A stretch of DNA of 56,122 nucleotides, filler included, from Sphacelaria rigidula (GCA_964200075.2; 2 parts of 2 records of this genome joined end to end with filler, not necessarily neighbours in it); one strand, 5' to 3'. Shown: positions 1 through 13,449, counted from the first letter of the whole stretch. Translations and numbers: made by a program. The notes: generated by a model from the letters alone, not told the origin.

Positions 1-29
1 CGGTAAAATATATAAATAAATAGATAGAA

Positions 30-150
30 AGTGATATCGATATTGATACGTATCGACAAATATCGGATTGAGAAGCGGCGATACCGATACGCCGTATCGA
101 CCGATACTATCGAAATCGTATCGAGTATCGATATCCGATTTTCAACACTG
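30..150. repeat. End of a MITE-like element rich in TATCGA/CGATAC subrepeats
   Basis: Dense ATCGAT/CGATAC motifs terminating in TTCAACACTG. The other end is outside the window. Confidence 0.4.
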
Positions 151-1338
151 AAAACTAGGCTGTATACCTGCAAATGAGTCTGGGTGGTGAGATGGGCGAG
201 GGGGGATACGCTACGTACCCCGCTACAATACGGGGGGACTCGAACAGCACCAAGATCGCCAGATGAATGAATCACTCTGTGGTGTTATTCGGTGTGGAAT
301 TTATACATTGGGCGTAGCCGTGCTTGCCCCATTGAACCGTGTACTCCAACGTGGTAGAGTAGGTTGAACATCGTGATCCATACACGCTATATTGCCCAAC
401 GCATCGTACCTTGACTTACCGCGAAGTGCTTCTTGTGCCATGACTCAACATGGAATGTCGTTTCATACCGCGATAAAGATACAGAATATATAACATACCA
501 CAGTAAGGAAAGTGCTGCCGAGATTTGCTGCAAAGCTGTGTACAGTGCCAAGGTAGCTAGGTGATGCAGCTTCTAGTAGATTTAGTAAGGGAAAGCTGAC
601 AAGACTCACATATCAGGGGCAGTTGACCCAAATGAAAAAATTTGGTCTCACGTCCGTGCGCAGAATTTACTTTTTTCGTTTCAGGATTGGTGACACCTTG
701 AACTCGATTACCTCGACTCCCAACGCTGTCAGTCTCCTTCGTTCCCTTCAGCTCTCTGCCTTGACAAGAGGCCGTGCGTTCTATTCTGTGTTGGCCACAT
801 AATCGCCTGTGAAAAATATCTTCTTTCTTCTTTTGCCGCAGAACCAAGTGAACTTAACAGCCACGGTACATCCTCTGCTATACTGTCCGGTGAGACAGTA
901 GGTCTGTCTAGCGAGACAGTACCACACGACACGAGCATTCCTAACAAGTATCATGCCACAAAAAGATTGCATGAAAACAGCATGGTATCAGCTTCGTAGT
1001 TTTCTCGTCATACTTGCAACCCCCATCGTTTCTCGGGACGACTCCGCAGCCTCATGGGGTCGACTCATTGCTCCCCGGTACCGACCGCACTCTTCCTGTT
1101 GCAATAGATCAGTAATCCCGCCCCTCGTCGATACTCGCCGAATATTGTTTGCTGCTCGTGCTCTCAAGCTTTCAACGGCGGGAACACGGTCCTGCTAAAA
1201 TGTTTTTTACCGAATCTATTGCTATTCGAACCGGCAAACTGACGCTCCATTGACTTGTTGGTGTACGTGCTGGATCGCCATGACGTGGCGGCGCGATACT
1301 GCATCAAGACGTTCAAACAGCTCCATCCATGTCACATA

Positions 1339-1691
1339 GTGTGTGTGTTACCATCCCACCTATTCTGGACGCCGGTCTACACCTTTCCGAATATGTGGGC
1401 GCACCAACCGGGCTCACATAGGAGAAAGGTCAACACAGGGGTGTTCCTTTTTTCTTTTCTTCTAGTTTTCCACCTTCCTTGTGCGGTGCTTGCCTATCCG
1501 TTTTTATCTCGAAAGGGGTCCAGCGGTCCCTTTCCCTCGTCGACCGTTGAATCGCATTTGTGTACCCACGGCATGGTCACTCTCCACTGTTGGGCACTGT
1601 GTGAGAAAAATCCCAGATCCCTCCGAGATTCGAATCCCCGACCCAACCGTGAGGAGATTTCGAGGGTACCAACTGAGCGACCAGGGCGACC
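1339..1691 (-). mobile_element. tRNA-derived SINE, family A
   Basis: The minus-strand head GGTCGCCCTGGTCGCTCAGTTGGTA...GATTCGAATC carries Pol III A- and B-box-like motifs. The body (CCCAACAGTGG, GGAAGGTGGA, CCGGCGTCCAGAATAG) is shared with three other copies, and there is a (CA)n tail. Confidence 0.8.
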
Positions 1692-1964
1692 AGACAGTAC
1701 ACAATCCATGAAAGCTCCACATGACAAAAATGTAGGTCGTTTCAGAACACTTGAACCCAGTTTACAGCGAGTTCGTATCGAAACAGATGGGATACGCTTT
1801 AACGCGAGGTCGATGATAGAAACGCACAACCACGCACTGCCAGCGCTTACGTGACGAATGAAGCGTTGGTCAACCGAACAACAACCGTGGGCATTTCGCC
1901 GAAATCTTCACCACACACACGCGGCCGTTCGGCTACCTCCATAAGAATCCTCTATCGCGAGTTT

Positions 1965-2242
1965 CATCCTCTCGAGGGTAAAATACCCTCCAGAGGGTAT
2001 TTCATCTCCAGGTACGGTCATAAACCAATCCTCTGGAGAGCATCTGATGCTCCGGTGACTTCTGAGGTCCGAGGCCCTCGAGAATAACAAAAACTATGGT
2101 GCTTTGGAGGGCCGCGCACCCTCCAAATTCCTCCGGAAGGATGCGCGGCCCTTCAGAGGCAAAACAAGCCTCTGGAGGCGTTGATCCCACTCTCTGGAGA
2201 GCCGCGCACCCTCTGAAGGCGTTTAATTCCTCTGGAGGCTCG
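1965..2242. repeat. Element with clustered CTCTGGAG/CTCCAGAG subrepeats
   Basis: About ten CCTCYRGAGG-like motifs in both orientations, plus a duplicated GCCGCGCACCCTC. Confidence 0.45.
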
Positions 2243-3110
2243 AACAGTTGGCCGGAACAGAGTATTTTTGGGGGTAGTCGAATGGCCGCGTGTGCAAAGC
2301 ATATATCACGCACGCCGAGCAATTACATGGGTGGGATAACGGTAGACGATAGATGAGTCGCACCGGGAAGATGACGAACTGGCAGATTCGTGGTGGAGCA
2401 ATCCAAAGTAAACTAAGTTATGGGTGGAATTGGTTTTTTCAAGACGGTACACTCTGCATATTATTGCACATATTGGACAGGCGTGTCACACAGATTTGCC
2501 GGCGCATCCGTGCGCTGCGCAGCATTGGTACTCGCTCCGGTACTCTACCTCAAGATACCTGTAATGAGAATATGCTACCCCTGCCGCACCGGTAGGCCAC
2601 TGTCGACAACCCAATCCACGAAGGAAGTGTCGGGAATATCAATATCAAATGACATACCAACATCGCACGCGACTCAAACCTAACTACACTCGACAAGACC
2701 GGATACTGGGGTGGAGAAAAAATCCACTGCATCGTACTCTTTCAGACGAATAGGAAACGCATAGTTAGTGGAACAGCTTGTGAGCAAGCACAATGAACCG
2801 CAGCTCGTGGCGCACCGACAAAAAAGGGTGGCGTTGAACTTGCTGGGAGCGGTACCATGCATCAGTGGGCAGTGGATGTATTACATTGTTATGATTTTTA
2901 CGACAGCATCGAGGTACCCGACGTACATAAGACGATCTACCTCAAGCAACGCCACAAAGCCTGCGCGGCGTCACCATACATTTGCCTTACGGCTTCTTTT
3001 GGCAGCAATGATTCCAGCATAAGTCATCCTAACGGTAGTTGAATACATTTGCCTGAACCCATTGTATTTTCGGAGCCTTTATCCTCGACTGAACCATTGC
3101 CGTCACTCAC

Positions 3111-6100
3111 CTGCCAGTGCCATACCACGACGCCGTTAGAGTCCAGCTTGACAGCCGCGAAATCTGAATAACCCAGATTAGGTGACGCCCAGTCACCACG
3201 CGTGTAACCGGCCAAGACCACGGAGTCATCGTCACCCCCCAGCGTCGCCGCGAGGATGTAGTCATTATCGCTTGTCCCGTTCTGTCAGACACAATATGAC
3301 CATGACATAAAATGTTGGAAAAACAACAGGACACACACGCGATGACTGATGTACTGAATACCTGATCATTTTCACGGGGATAGATAAAATCGTATACTTC
3401 AAAGAGCTTGTACAGCGCACACCTGCCTTTGAACACACATGGGCAAAGACATATTTGCAGTGCACATTACACTACAAAAAAAGTGCCCGGAGTTTCCGCC
3501 GTCACAGGGCGTACACGATAGCGTACTCAACACCACTGCTGTCGACGCGTACTTGCTCTAGATAGTATCAAATTCTCATTAAGCTCATATCCTGGTCCCC
3601 GACTGATGCGGATACGTTTTGTGGATACATCTACTGGCAACATGTAGGGCACGCTGTGCGTCGATTCGTCCGTGATAGTCCAGCACCGTCGATACTAAAC
3701 GCAGTGCATTCCGGCACCACCAGGAGACGAGCACCATTCCTCTGTGCGGAACAAATTCACTTTGCTTGCATGTTCGACAGTTGACTTTCCCACGTAAGTA
3801 CACTGTAATATATGAACTACCCCTTTCATCTCGCTGTGTAGGGCTAGTTTTGCCCTGCCTGCCACTTCCAGACCACAAGCCCATCAGAATTCAGCTTTGT
3901 GGCGCAAAAGTCGTCATAGCCGGAGTTGTTCGCTGCCCAGTCCCCGTAGGTGTACCCAGCCAATACTACCGAGTCCAGCTCGACAGCAACCGAGGACGTG
4001 ATATGATCAGGGCGATCGGCATCGCCATCCTGTCAGCAAAATTGCCAAAACGAAAAAAGCGCAGCAACAACATGCAAAATGAACAACACGGAGGAAGAAC
4101 GAAGGACGAAAGGTTATTCATGTTCAGCAAAAAGAAATTGTCCGAGGGCAGGATAAAACAAGACACAAATATAATTAAAACGTGGCAGCCTTCTTGTACA
4201 AGGTCGTGTTCCTCTCGACGCCTCAATGGTGGGAAGAAATCAGCACACGACAGGAATAAAAGTATGAAGACATAGTTACACGATGAAGAACGAAATATCA
4301 GCGGCAGTGGGAGCAACACGAGAACAGAGAAGGGACGCGTTGAGGCATTTAGGTGTGTACGAGATATGGCCGTTCACGGGGAGCGAATCAAGACGGCACG
4401 TGCAAAAATTACTATTATACTCGTACCTTTTACTTCCTTCGAGGATCATCTCCAACCAAGGGCTGGCGTTTCACTGTACTTTTACGGGACGCAGTCGACG
4501 AACGGTACAGGAAAGAAATGACTCGTGTGCCGCGGAACAACTTGTCCTGCGCCACCGCCATTTGACCTACCTCTCCGCACGGACTCCGAATCAAAATTGA
4601 AACTCTTTGCGTTGCAGTATCTGGTGGGAGGCTGCGACGACTATGTGGCACTTGACATCGAGAGCTTGGAGAAAGATTTCCAAGGCTTTTCACGTGTAAA
4701 GAAAAGCCTCGCATGGTCGTCTTTTGAAGCGGGTACAAGTTTGATATGAACACCTTTGAGCCTGGCGGCAAAAGTGAATATCTCACATGACCATCTTTGA
4801 TCGTATTGAATCGGTTGAGGAGTATGGCAGTGAAACGACACGTGTTATGCAGGTCATGTGAAAAGATAGCCTTGGAGGCTTCCTGCGTGGGCGATACAAA
4901 CGTGTTCTCGATGATTGTAAGGTGTTAGCACTGGTGGGAGGCTACGTTGATCATTATGGCCATAAAGCCTACAGCATGACTGAGCCCCGATTTAGAACGC
5001 CGTAGGCACATTGGTGTATGCCCACGACTGCCATTTCTTACGTCATGATATCGTTCGAGACAAACTCGATACCGAATTCTTGAGACCAAGCGGATATTGA
5101 TTGATGATCCATCTAAAACCCAATCAGTGTATGTTTGGTTTCATGAGCTTTTGATTCGAGTTGCGTTTCAAGATCTGCATCTTGGATGGAAATATCTAGC
5201 GGAGGGGAGAGGGGGAGGGAGGACGTTGCTGACATCGTCGAGGCACGCGTCGCTACTGGAATCTTCGGGAATCATATTGACAAGAAATGTATGTAAATGA
5301 TCCACGAACGTTCTAAACGACGGCGCGCGTGAGTAAGGGCTAGCTCAAACAAATTAGCGTGTGGGCCGGCGTGACGAAGTACGGATTGGTGTTTGAGGGA
5401 CTTAAATGGTATCCAGTGTTTCCGTACACGCGAGCATGTACATGAGGACCTCCCAGAATTCTCTGCGGAATCATATGTTGCTCCTATAAATCACGCGCGT
5501 GTGCATCACCAAGTGGTTCGTTCCTTGACACTATGTTGCAAAACGTTAGAGCGTGAAATTTATATGCTGTTACTGTATATATGTCGTGACGGTAGTTTGC
5601 ACCTGCCATCTCCACATCTCCTTTCCGCTGGCATCTAGCTTCACTGCAGCGAAATCGTCGTACTCTTCAACGTTCGTTGCGTTCCATGAGCCAGACGTGC
5701 TTCCCGCCAAGACGACGCAGTCATCTTCCACGATGGATGCAGCCTGCAAGATGTCCTCCGCTGACGTGCCGTCCTTTCGTATTTTTGAAGACGGAAGGGC
5801 GCACGTAGACATTACCGTCATGGAAGAGCGATTAAGATATGAAACAAGAGTCATCCTCACGTAATCTGCAGGACAGCGCGCTATATACTCAACGGGCCCA
5901 TATCTTAAACGTCCACTCGGAGCCTGTCTTCTTGGGGACGACTGAAACGCGCTCGAAATGAGCGCTTTTTCAAGTTCACCCTGTAACTGACTGGTCGCGG
6001 CAATATCACTGTATACAAAGCCCGCCAAAACGTCAAGATTCTGCCATGGTCTTGAAGCCCAGATGAACATTTCGAAATCCGATGGTCTGTACATGGATCT

Positions 6101-9100
6101 CGTGTGGCTTCACGGGAATAGATCAATGGGGGCGCGTGCACTGATGTGTGCATAAGCATGAGCCTCTGAAGCCAACTGCTCCCGGCTGAGCAAAGCGTAG
6201 CTCGTGCTGTGGATATTGATTAGATGAGCGTGGTCTCGTTGCTTCAGGTCAAATCTGTTCATGATTGAAGGACATAGAATCGTTCAGGCGAAAAGGTGCC
6301 GAAGCCAACGCGCACAACCTTCAACAATGTGTTTCTGGCAACATCTTTTGGTCGCACACCGTGGCCTCTTTTCCAACACCAACACCGATTCCCATTACAC
6401 AAAACCTCGTATGTATGTGTAGATATGGACACGGATAAGCGCCAGACCTACAGGGCTTGTACTGCGGACGTCGGGAGGTGTTCGGTTAGGGCGCTACTGT
6501 AGGTAAAAGGTGGTTCGGTCGCATTTTCGGTGCCCCATGCCCAAGTTGTTGGGCAAACGGTCGGCGCAAGAAAATGAGATGTTGGGAATATTTGGACATG
6601 TAAGGACAAACATCCGTTTTTGATCATCCGTAAGGCTGTTGTTCATGGGCAAAAATGACGATAAGATCTCGATTCAACCCTCGTGATTGTCTGCGACATA
6701 CATGGTGATGTTGTTTTCCACTGAGGGAGTCCATATGCGCTAGCATGGACATTTGCGATAAGTCCAGTTACAATGTACGAGTTCTCCAATGGCAAAGATT
6801 CGGCAAGCTCCACAATCAAACGCTTCATCACGTCATACGTTTACTAAAACCACTATTATACACATTCCTTTTCAGCCCATGTACGCCTCATGATAGAGCT
6901 TGTGGCCTGATGTTTTTTTCATAACATAAGCAACCTGCGTCCACCGAGGTATACAACCCGGTGTCAGAACTTTTGTATACGAATGTTCTGCACTGAAGAT
7001 CTCCAAGTTCTTCGCTGCCAAATGGCTAACGCCACAATGCTTGAACGGTAAGGATCCCAAAATGATCGTAGTCGAGGGAGTAGGTCAAACTCGTTTGCTT
7101 CTCGTCTCGATAGACACGGCCTTACCATTATAGAAAGCGATGGCTTGTGATTCAGGAGGGTATCAAGAATCAAAACGGGTGACACACTTATAGTGTCAAC
7201 ACTGGATAAACGTACCTACTTACAAGTATGGTAAACCTGCTAACCGAACGCAGTGCTGCTTGTCATGTTTCCCTTGGCATATATTGCCATCTTGAAGCAA
7301 GGAAACATCGGGCAGTCCACCGGCGTATGGTAGTCGGCGGATTTATTATTTTCTATGTAGTTGAGGAGAATATTCTACAAACACGTGCGGAGCACGTTGC
7401 GCTCAGAACGTCGAGCCCAAATGCATGACGAGGCCCATAATGGACTTGTTGATGTTATGCTGTTGAGAATGTTTTCAACATGGTGGGTAGAGGGGAATCG
7501 ACAATACTTTAGCCACGACTACGTCCACAACCACGACGCTGCTACACGGTAAACTTCCAGTAAGTAGCATCTCCGTGTACACCAGATCGTAACCTCAAGG
7601 GTAGTCTAATGGTACAACTGACACTATTCGACGGAAAAATATGGGTTCGCTTCCCGCCAGATGCCTCTGGTCTGGCTTTTTACTCAGAAGCTTTTGACTT
7701 CCGCCATTGACGTCATTGTCAATGAAAACATCATGACGTGAGTAGCAACAAGAGTCGGTTTGGCTGAGTTCATTAGACGGCAGTCGTCGCCGTGCGGGAG
7801 GGCTGGTCATGATCCAATCTGCGCTACCAAAGTGTGAGATGTGCACCTGGGGAAAGGTGAGTTGGTTCGTTGTGACCCCGGACTCGTCCGGAGAAATGGT
7901 TGAAATTTGAAGTTTGAAAAACCGGAAGTTTTCGTCTGATCCTGCGCTATTCTATAGAGTATACAATCGTCCTGCACCAAGGACTGTAGAGCCTGCTCAT
8001 CCCGAATGAAGGTTGAAGCCCTTTCTCGTGGCGACATTATACCGCACGTATAGTTTGTCAATCCGACATCATCCGGTCAAGTTGTACCGTAGAGTTCCAT
8101 CAAGCCTCCGCAGTGGGCAAGTGAAAAAAAAGGATGGATTCCGTCACTCAGCGAGTTTTTAAGGGATCCCTGTAACTTCGCCGGATGCTGTTGGATCGAC
8201 GACCTACACACGGCATGTTGCTGCAACGAGTAAGAATATCAACCTTTATTCGGGGTGCATTGACTGTAAAGTCATTCATGCAGGCCAGCTGTACGAACTA
8301 GAAAACGGCCCAGGATCCGACCAAAAGGTGGCGATCTTGTTTGACACGAATATGCTGTCGGTTGCCGCCGCGCCCCGGTGATGTAATGGTACAACTGAAA
8401 ACGTTAGGTGGGAACAACGTGGATTCGATCCCTGCCAGATGCGTTTGGTTTGGGCTTTTCTGCGAAATATCGAAAATCGAACTATCGAACTACCGAAATA
8501 TCTCATTCCTGCCCTTGAAAGCGTGGGGACTTACGTAGCGACGAGTGTTCATTTGACTCGGTTTGTTTGGCGTAAGCCAACGCGGTGTGGGTGTGCTGAT
8601 GGTCATGATCCAAATCGCGACATCAAACGTAATGCGCGTACTTTGGGTAAGATCGGTTGATTCCTTGAGATCACGGACTCGTCCCGAGGAAGGAGGGCGA
8701 TAAAAAGTGCGACCAAGAAAACAGTTAAAGTAACAGCACAGTAGCGGTCGAAGTTAACGTGGATGGATAAATACCACCGCTGGGGAACTCTGAGGAACTA
8801 CTATGGACCTTCACAGCCCAACATTACGGAGCTTCACAGCCCAACTGTCGAAATCAAGGATACGGGCCATCTCGGAGCTCACTACGCTACGCTACTGCCA
8901 AGTAGCACGTAAAGACCATTCAGTTGTAGCGTACTATATTTGAACTGAAGAGCGCACCTGCCAACTCCACAGCCAGTTCCCATCGCCGTCAAGCTTTACC
9001 GCGGCGAAATCATTGCCGCCGAACTCATCGCCTTTGTTAATCGCTGCGAAATCCCATTTGGTGCGCCCGGCCAAAATAACCACGCCGTCGCTGTTCATGG

Positions 9101-9137
9101 TCGCAGCGAGCATCGCGTCGTCGCTGGTGCTTCCATT
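3111..9137 (-). CDS. Spliced gene (partial) encoding tandem 57-60-aa beta-propeller-like repeats, one repeat per exon
   Basis: Four phase-0 exons with AG acceptors: 9137-8958 (NGSTSDDAMLAATMNSDGVVILAGRTKWDFAAINKGDEFGGNDFAAVKLDGDGNWLWSWQ), 5773-5603 (DGTSAEDILQAASIVEDDCVVLAGSTSGSWNATNVEEYDDFAAVKLDASGKEMWRWQ), 4029-3859 (DGDADRPDHITSSVAVELDSVVLAGYTYGDWAANNSGYDDFCATKLNSDGLVVWKWQ) and 3281-3111 (NGTSDNDYILAATLGGDDDSVVLAGYTRGDWASPNLGYSDFAAVKLDSNGVVVWHWQ). Shared motif VVLAGxT...DFAAVKLDxxGxxxWxWQ. Start and stop exons were not identified with confidence. The propeller fold (SBBP-like) is inferred from the motif pattern. Confidence 0.85.
5900..8270 (-). mobile_element. Highly degraded LTR-retrotransposon (Gypsy-like) pol/integrase relic inside an intron
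   Basis: Broken minus-strand peptides resemble integrase-region motifs, e.g. ...QSLVQDDCILYRI near 7950 and HTSVHA near 6140. Many stops and frameshifts, and a SINE interrupts the region. Similarity was judged by eye only. Confidence 0.35.
7599..7900 (+). mobile_element. Second tRNA-derived SINE family (B), copy 1
   Basis: tRNA-like head GGTAGTCTAATGGTACAAC...GGTTCGCTTCCCGCCAGATGC. Head and body (GGTCATGATCCAA, GGACTCGTCC) match 8371-8700. Confidence 0.6.
8371..8700 (+). mobile_element. Second tRNA-derived SINE family (B), copy 2
   Basis: Head GGTGATGTAATGGTACAAC...GGATTCGATCCCTGCCAGATGC, colinear with 7599-7900. Confidence 0.6.
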
Positions 9138-12100
9138 CTGTTACACCGGGATTGGCATCATACAACAACGCAAACACAGGTTTCTTGTCATGATTTCGAA
9201 ACAAGTGTAGGTGTTATGTGCCGCAGCCACCGTCCCGCACCTGCCACCGTCGCCGCCGCGAATTACAAATATTCGCGCAAGGGATCGAATTCGGTGGTTG
9301 TTTCTACTTTCGAGTCATGTTAAAATCTTGGAATGACCGACAAAACAGTAGCATCGACACGCGCAGTTGCTGTTGGGATAATATTATTCTGGGAGATCGG
9401 GACATAATTCGAGGAAATGGGGACGACACTTACACGGCAGTGGTGACAGGGTCGACTTCGGCAGATCAGTGTCTGCCAGGAAAAGCGCGAGACCAACGTG
9501 CGCTCGTTGTTTTCACTGCATCAGAGTTCCCACTCCCCTTGAGATCATGAAGTTCTAGTTTGTAACACAAAACTCAAGTCGACGGAAAATTTGACATCCT
9601 CTTTCTAAGCCACAGCGGGAACCCCAGGGATGCACGGTTTGAAGTCCACACTCAGGAGCCAAACACTGTACCGCTGCCCCCGTCCGCCTGCCTCTTGCTC
9701 CCCGCCCGCCCCCTGGGCGCGCGCGCCGAAATTAAGTGGGGCTATGGCTCATGGTACACGTCTGGTAGGGTCCTGTGCGCCGCTGCTATCCACATGACGC
9801 GCATATGGTGAGCGAGAATCGTTCGCCTCCGGTATTGTAAGTGGCGCCGTATGACAAGCATGTTCAGTAGCAGAGACCCCTCCGTTTGGTCAACTCTTTG
9901 CAATATGCATATAGAGTAAGTGCGAACAACATTCGAGAGATTACGTGCGCATAGAAGAAGCCATCACCACGCGTTTGCCGCAAATTAGCGCGTGCTTAGA
10001 CTATCAAATCCTGCAGGGTTCATCACAGGACTCCGAGACCCTACGGAAAGGGGCGGGAGCATCTTCCCATCGGCAAATAGAAACAACGGGTGGGACATTG
10101 ACACCGTATAGTACAGTGATGCGTGAATGCACGCCAGTGAGTACGCTCACGACGAAATGAGCATCCACTTTCTCGTGTTACATCCAAACATGTAACAACA
10201 GTTGAGTCGGATCATAACAGCGGTAGCCACCTATACGGCGGCATCCAACGCAGTATCGCAGCAGCAAAAGGCAACACGCAATATCCAAAGCCTGATTTCA
10301 AGAAGATAGTGAGCAACACTCAGTTCAGTTCAACGAACAAGTTGTGCCGACATCAGTAGTACCGAGAAACGGTGAAGGAAACGAGGAAAGCGCATTTGAA
10401 CGATAGGGTGTAACGCGGATAGAGGATGGCAGAACGAAAGCAGCCCACACCAATCGGGTACGGGTCGAAAGGAGTTCGGTGTACACGTCAAAACTTCAAA
10501 AACAGATTCGTCGAACTGACGAAGGCGACAGCACATCTTCAAATTCCTGTTAGATTCAACAGGCAGGCATTCCCTTTCCGATGATGAGAAGTCAAGCGAG
10601 AAATGGCGGGATTTCCTGTGAAAAATTTTGGCAATTGCCCTGCGACGGAGGGACGGGACGAGAACGTGTTATCAACACGTCGGGACAAGACGGGAACGTT
10701 TTCCCGCCGCTGAAATCAGGACGGGACGTCCCAGAAAAAAAATGATGGGATGATAAGTCCTGAAACCTAGGTGCTACATGAACGGCTAGTGGTGCAGTGG
10801 TTGCTTGGGTCACTCCCGTACTCACTGGAAACACGCTGGAACTAGCGGGTCCCACGTACAGTATATCCAATGCGTGGCTCAGAATGCCTGACGACGCGTA
10901 ACCGCTAGATACATGCACAATATCGGAGTAGTGGCCGCATGCTAGCGAAAGCGTTAATATTTTGGTTGTAGGCGTCAGATATGGGGAATCTATTCACTCT
11001 GGTTTTGGAGTAACTGTAATACCACTGTGCGAAAACCTAGAGTAATGGGCCCCTGGGCCACTGCAAAACACAGCGTGTCAGAAGGCCAATGAAGATGCCG
11101 CTGGGACCATTGCACATCGAGTCAAAAGTAAATTGCCTCACTTTGTTCGGCAAACATTCCATCGGCCAGTCGCAATACAGCAAAAACGGGTCGCGGTGAG
11201 GACACCAGCAGTAAATGTACCGGACAGCAGTACTGCAATCATGCATGTCAGGAGATTTCGTCGCACGCAGCAGAATAATGCATGAAGTGGGGGGAAACGT
11301 GCACCCATCCCCTCAAGCATGGCACAAGGTGGCTGCACGCCTACTGGCAAAAATATTCTCGTTTTGTGCAACTTTTGCCACCCACTCGTGTCCAACTGGC
11401 GGCAACCTTTGCCTACAAACAACCATCCAGCAAATCCTTGCGGGTTACCAGCCGCAAGAAAAAACTCGGAGCAACTAGCACAGGGTTTCCAAGTGATGAG
11501 GACAGCTTGACTGATCGCGCCATTCGCATGTATGCTTGGCGTGCAATTCGCCTACTGAGGGGCGTTCACGCGGCAAAACAAGGTTTGGCGGCAATAAAGA
11601 GGGACAACATTAATCCATTGCCACTTCAATGCGACCGACTGTTGTGTTGGGACCTACGTTCGGGTTGCTCACTACTGTACTACAGGTACCGCCGCAACAA
11701 TGGACGTGAGCTTTACAAGGGAAGGGGGAGGGGCGGGTAGACTGGAATTTTGGACACCGTAGCCAGCCCTCCCCCGTCCACCTCAGGGGCGCCTCAGGGA
11801 GGAACAAATGTCAACTTTTCGATGCCCGAAAATTGCCCGTACCAAACTCAAGGATTTTGTACGAGTATACTAAACCCGTGTAATTTGGTCCATTGTTGTC
11901 CAAAGTCATGTAGATTTGGCCATTGTCTTGGATGTAGACCGACTATGCGGTGATCAAGTGATGAATACCGGCCATGGTAGATCGAATTGCTTAGTGGAGA
12001 GTCGTGCCAGGGTGAAGATACAAGTTTCTAGCTATGTTTCGAGTGCGTGATGCCTGCCTCCGAGAAGATCGCCTCACGTTCAGACGCAAGTTGGTCCTAA

Positions 12101-13449
12101 CTGCACTAGATGTGATGATATATGACCGCATGCGTGAATGAAATTAGTACTCTGGGTAGGACGATCGTTCTCAGAAACGACCGGCGAGTAAGACAACAGT
12201 ATTCTAGTCGAATGTGTGCTCGTAAAGTAGGAACTGGATTTACTATATGATTGTTTGAATGGCGCAGCCAACGTACGTATAGTTTTGATAAGCTTGTAGA
12301 TCGGAGATCAGTCTGTACATGGTTGGCCATATGGGCACGCTACTGCTGAAGATTTCATTGGCGAAAGGCATGACGCGTCAGGCTGATTTTGTAGTATGGC
12401 AGTATTGTACGCGTGGCGAGGAACACGTTGCGCAACAACCTTCACCGCTCCCCGAGCTACTCACTCGTTCCTCCGGCCACAACAGTCTACATTTTTTTGG
12501 ATACAGGGCTACAGTAGAACGCTAATCAATAGAGCCTTCAAGTCACCAACAACACTGCTGATATCTTCCTTTTACTCGGTCTTCGAGTCCAAATTTTGAC
12601 CAATGTGAGTTATCGAGGCTGTGGGTATCATATTCCTTTGTGTATATCTTTACCCTGGATCGTAATTATACGACGCTTGGTCCCTGATCCCCAAAGAGCT
12701 GTTGCTGTTGTGTGCTTGAGGAGAGAACCTTCAGCGTGTTTCACGAACTGAATTCAGGACAAACTTGCTGACATCCCTTTCTTGGGGGTGCGGCTTGCTA
12801 TATTACTGCAAGACTACTACAGTTGGGGCTTCTTCAGCTGGGACTGCGCGAGAGTGTATTTGACTCCAGTACGTCGGCCTAGGGAATTGGTATACGTCCC
12901 TACGGTAGCACAACTTTGGACTGACACTAAACTCAATTTATTCATGTACAGGTACACTAAACCCATATAATCGAGATATTTCACTTTTGATCGCGTAGTT
13001 TGGCTATCATTGTTGATATAGACTGACCAAACCGTAGTCAAGCGGTCAGTACCGGCCATACTAAGCCCAAGTGATCAGTGGGCCCACACAAATCACGTGT
13101 AGTTAGCATGCAGGTACATTAAACCTGAGCAACTTGGTCTCCTCATCTGATATTTGACATCAAGTAATGTTGGGTATCGTGTTGGGTGTGGACTGATATT
13201 ACTGTACTCCAGAGATGAAGATCGGCCACACTTGATCCCCGTGATGAGCGGATCTATACTGGATAAAACGTCAAGTGCATAGTATTCCAGTACTCCGAAC
13301 CCAAATAACTTGGTCTTCTTCAGTCTGAAGTTATGAGTCGGATTTTGGCTGACACCCTCATGCTGTAGCACAACGAATCCACTTAGGGCTAGTGGCACGA
13401 GATTCCTTAGATTCATCTCTCCCCACCCCCGTTCCCCATTTTATCCTTC

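Noticed and set aside
988..1191. Open phase-0 minus-strand segment after a CAG acceptor (possible last exon of the propeller gene)
   Set aside because: No homology or motif support, and it could be chance.
1620..1691. tRNA-like sequence (also at ~8371, ~25020 and ~38653)
   Set aside because: A/B boxes are present but I could not form a convincing cloverleaf. Each continues into a shared repeat body, so these are SINE heads rather than tRNA genes.
1255..1854. 199-aa plus-strand ORF
   Set aside because: Largely the reverse strand of a SINE. Similar pseudo-peptides recur at the other SINE copies.
9241..9303. Possible upstream exon of the propeller gene ending RRWQ|gt
   Set aside because: The donor context resembles the repeat exons, but the frame is closed by a stop about 20 codons upstream and no repeat motif is present. 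Unresolved.
12600..13416. Possible Penelope-like RT relic on the minus strand
   Set aside because: Only vague motif resemblance (LDVLSSIDP..YPTLL, RLTTV). It cannot be supported without a profile search.
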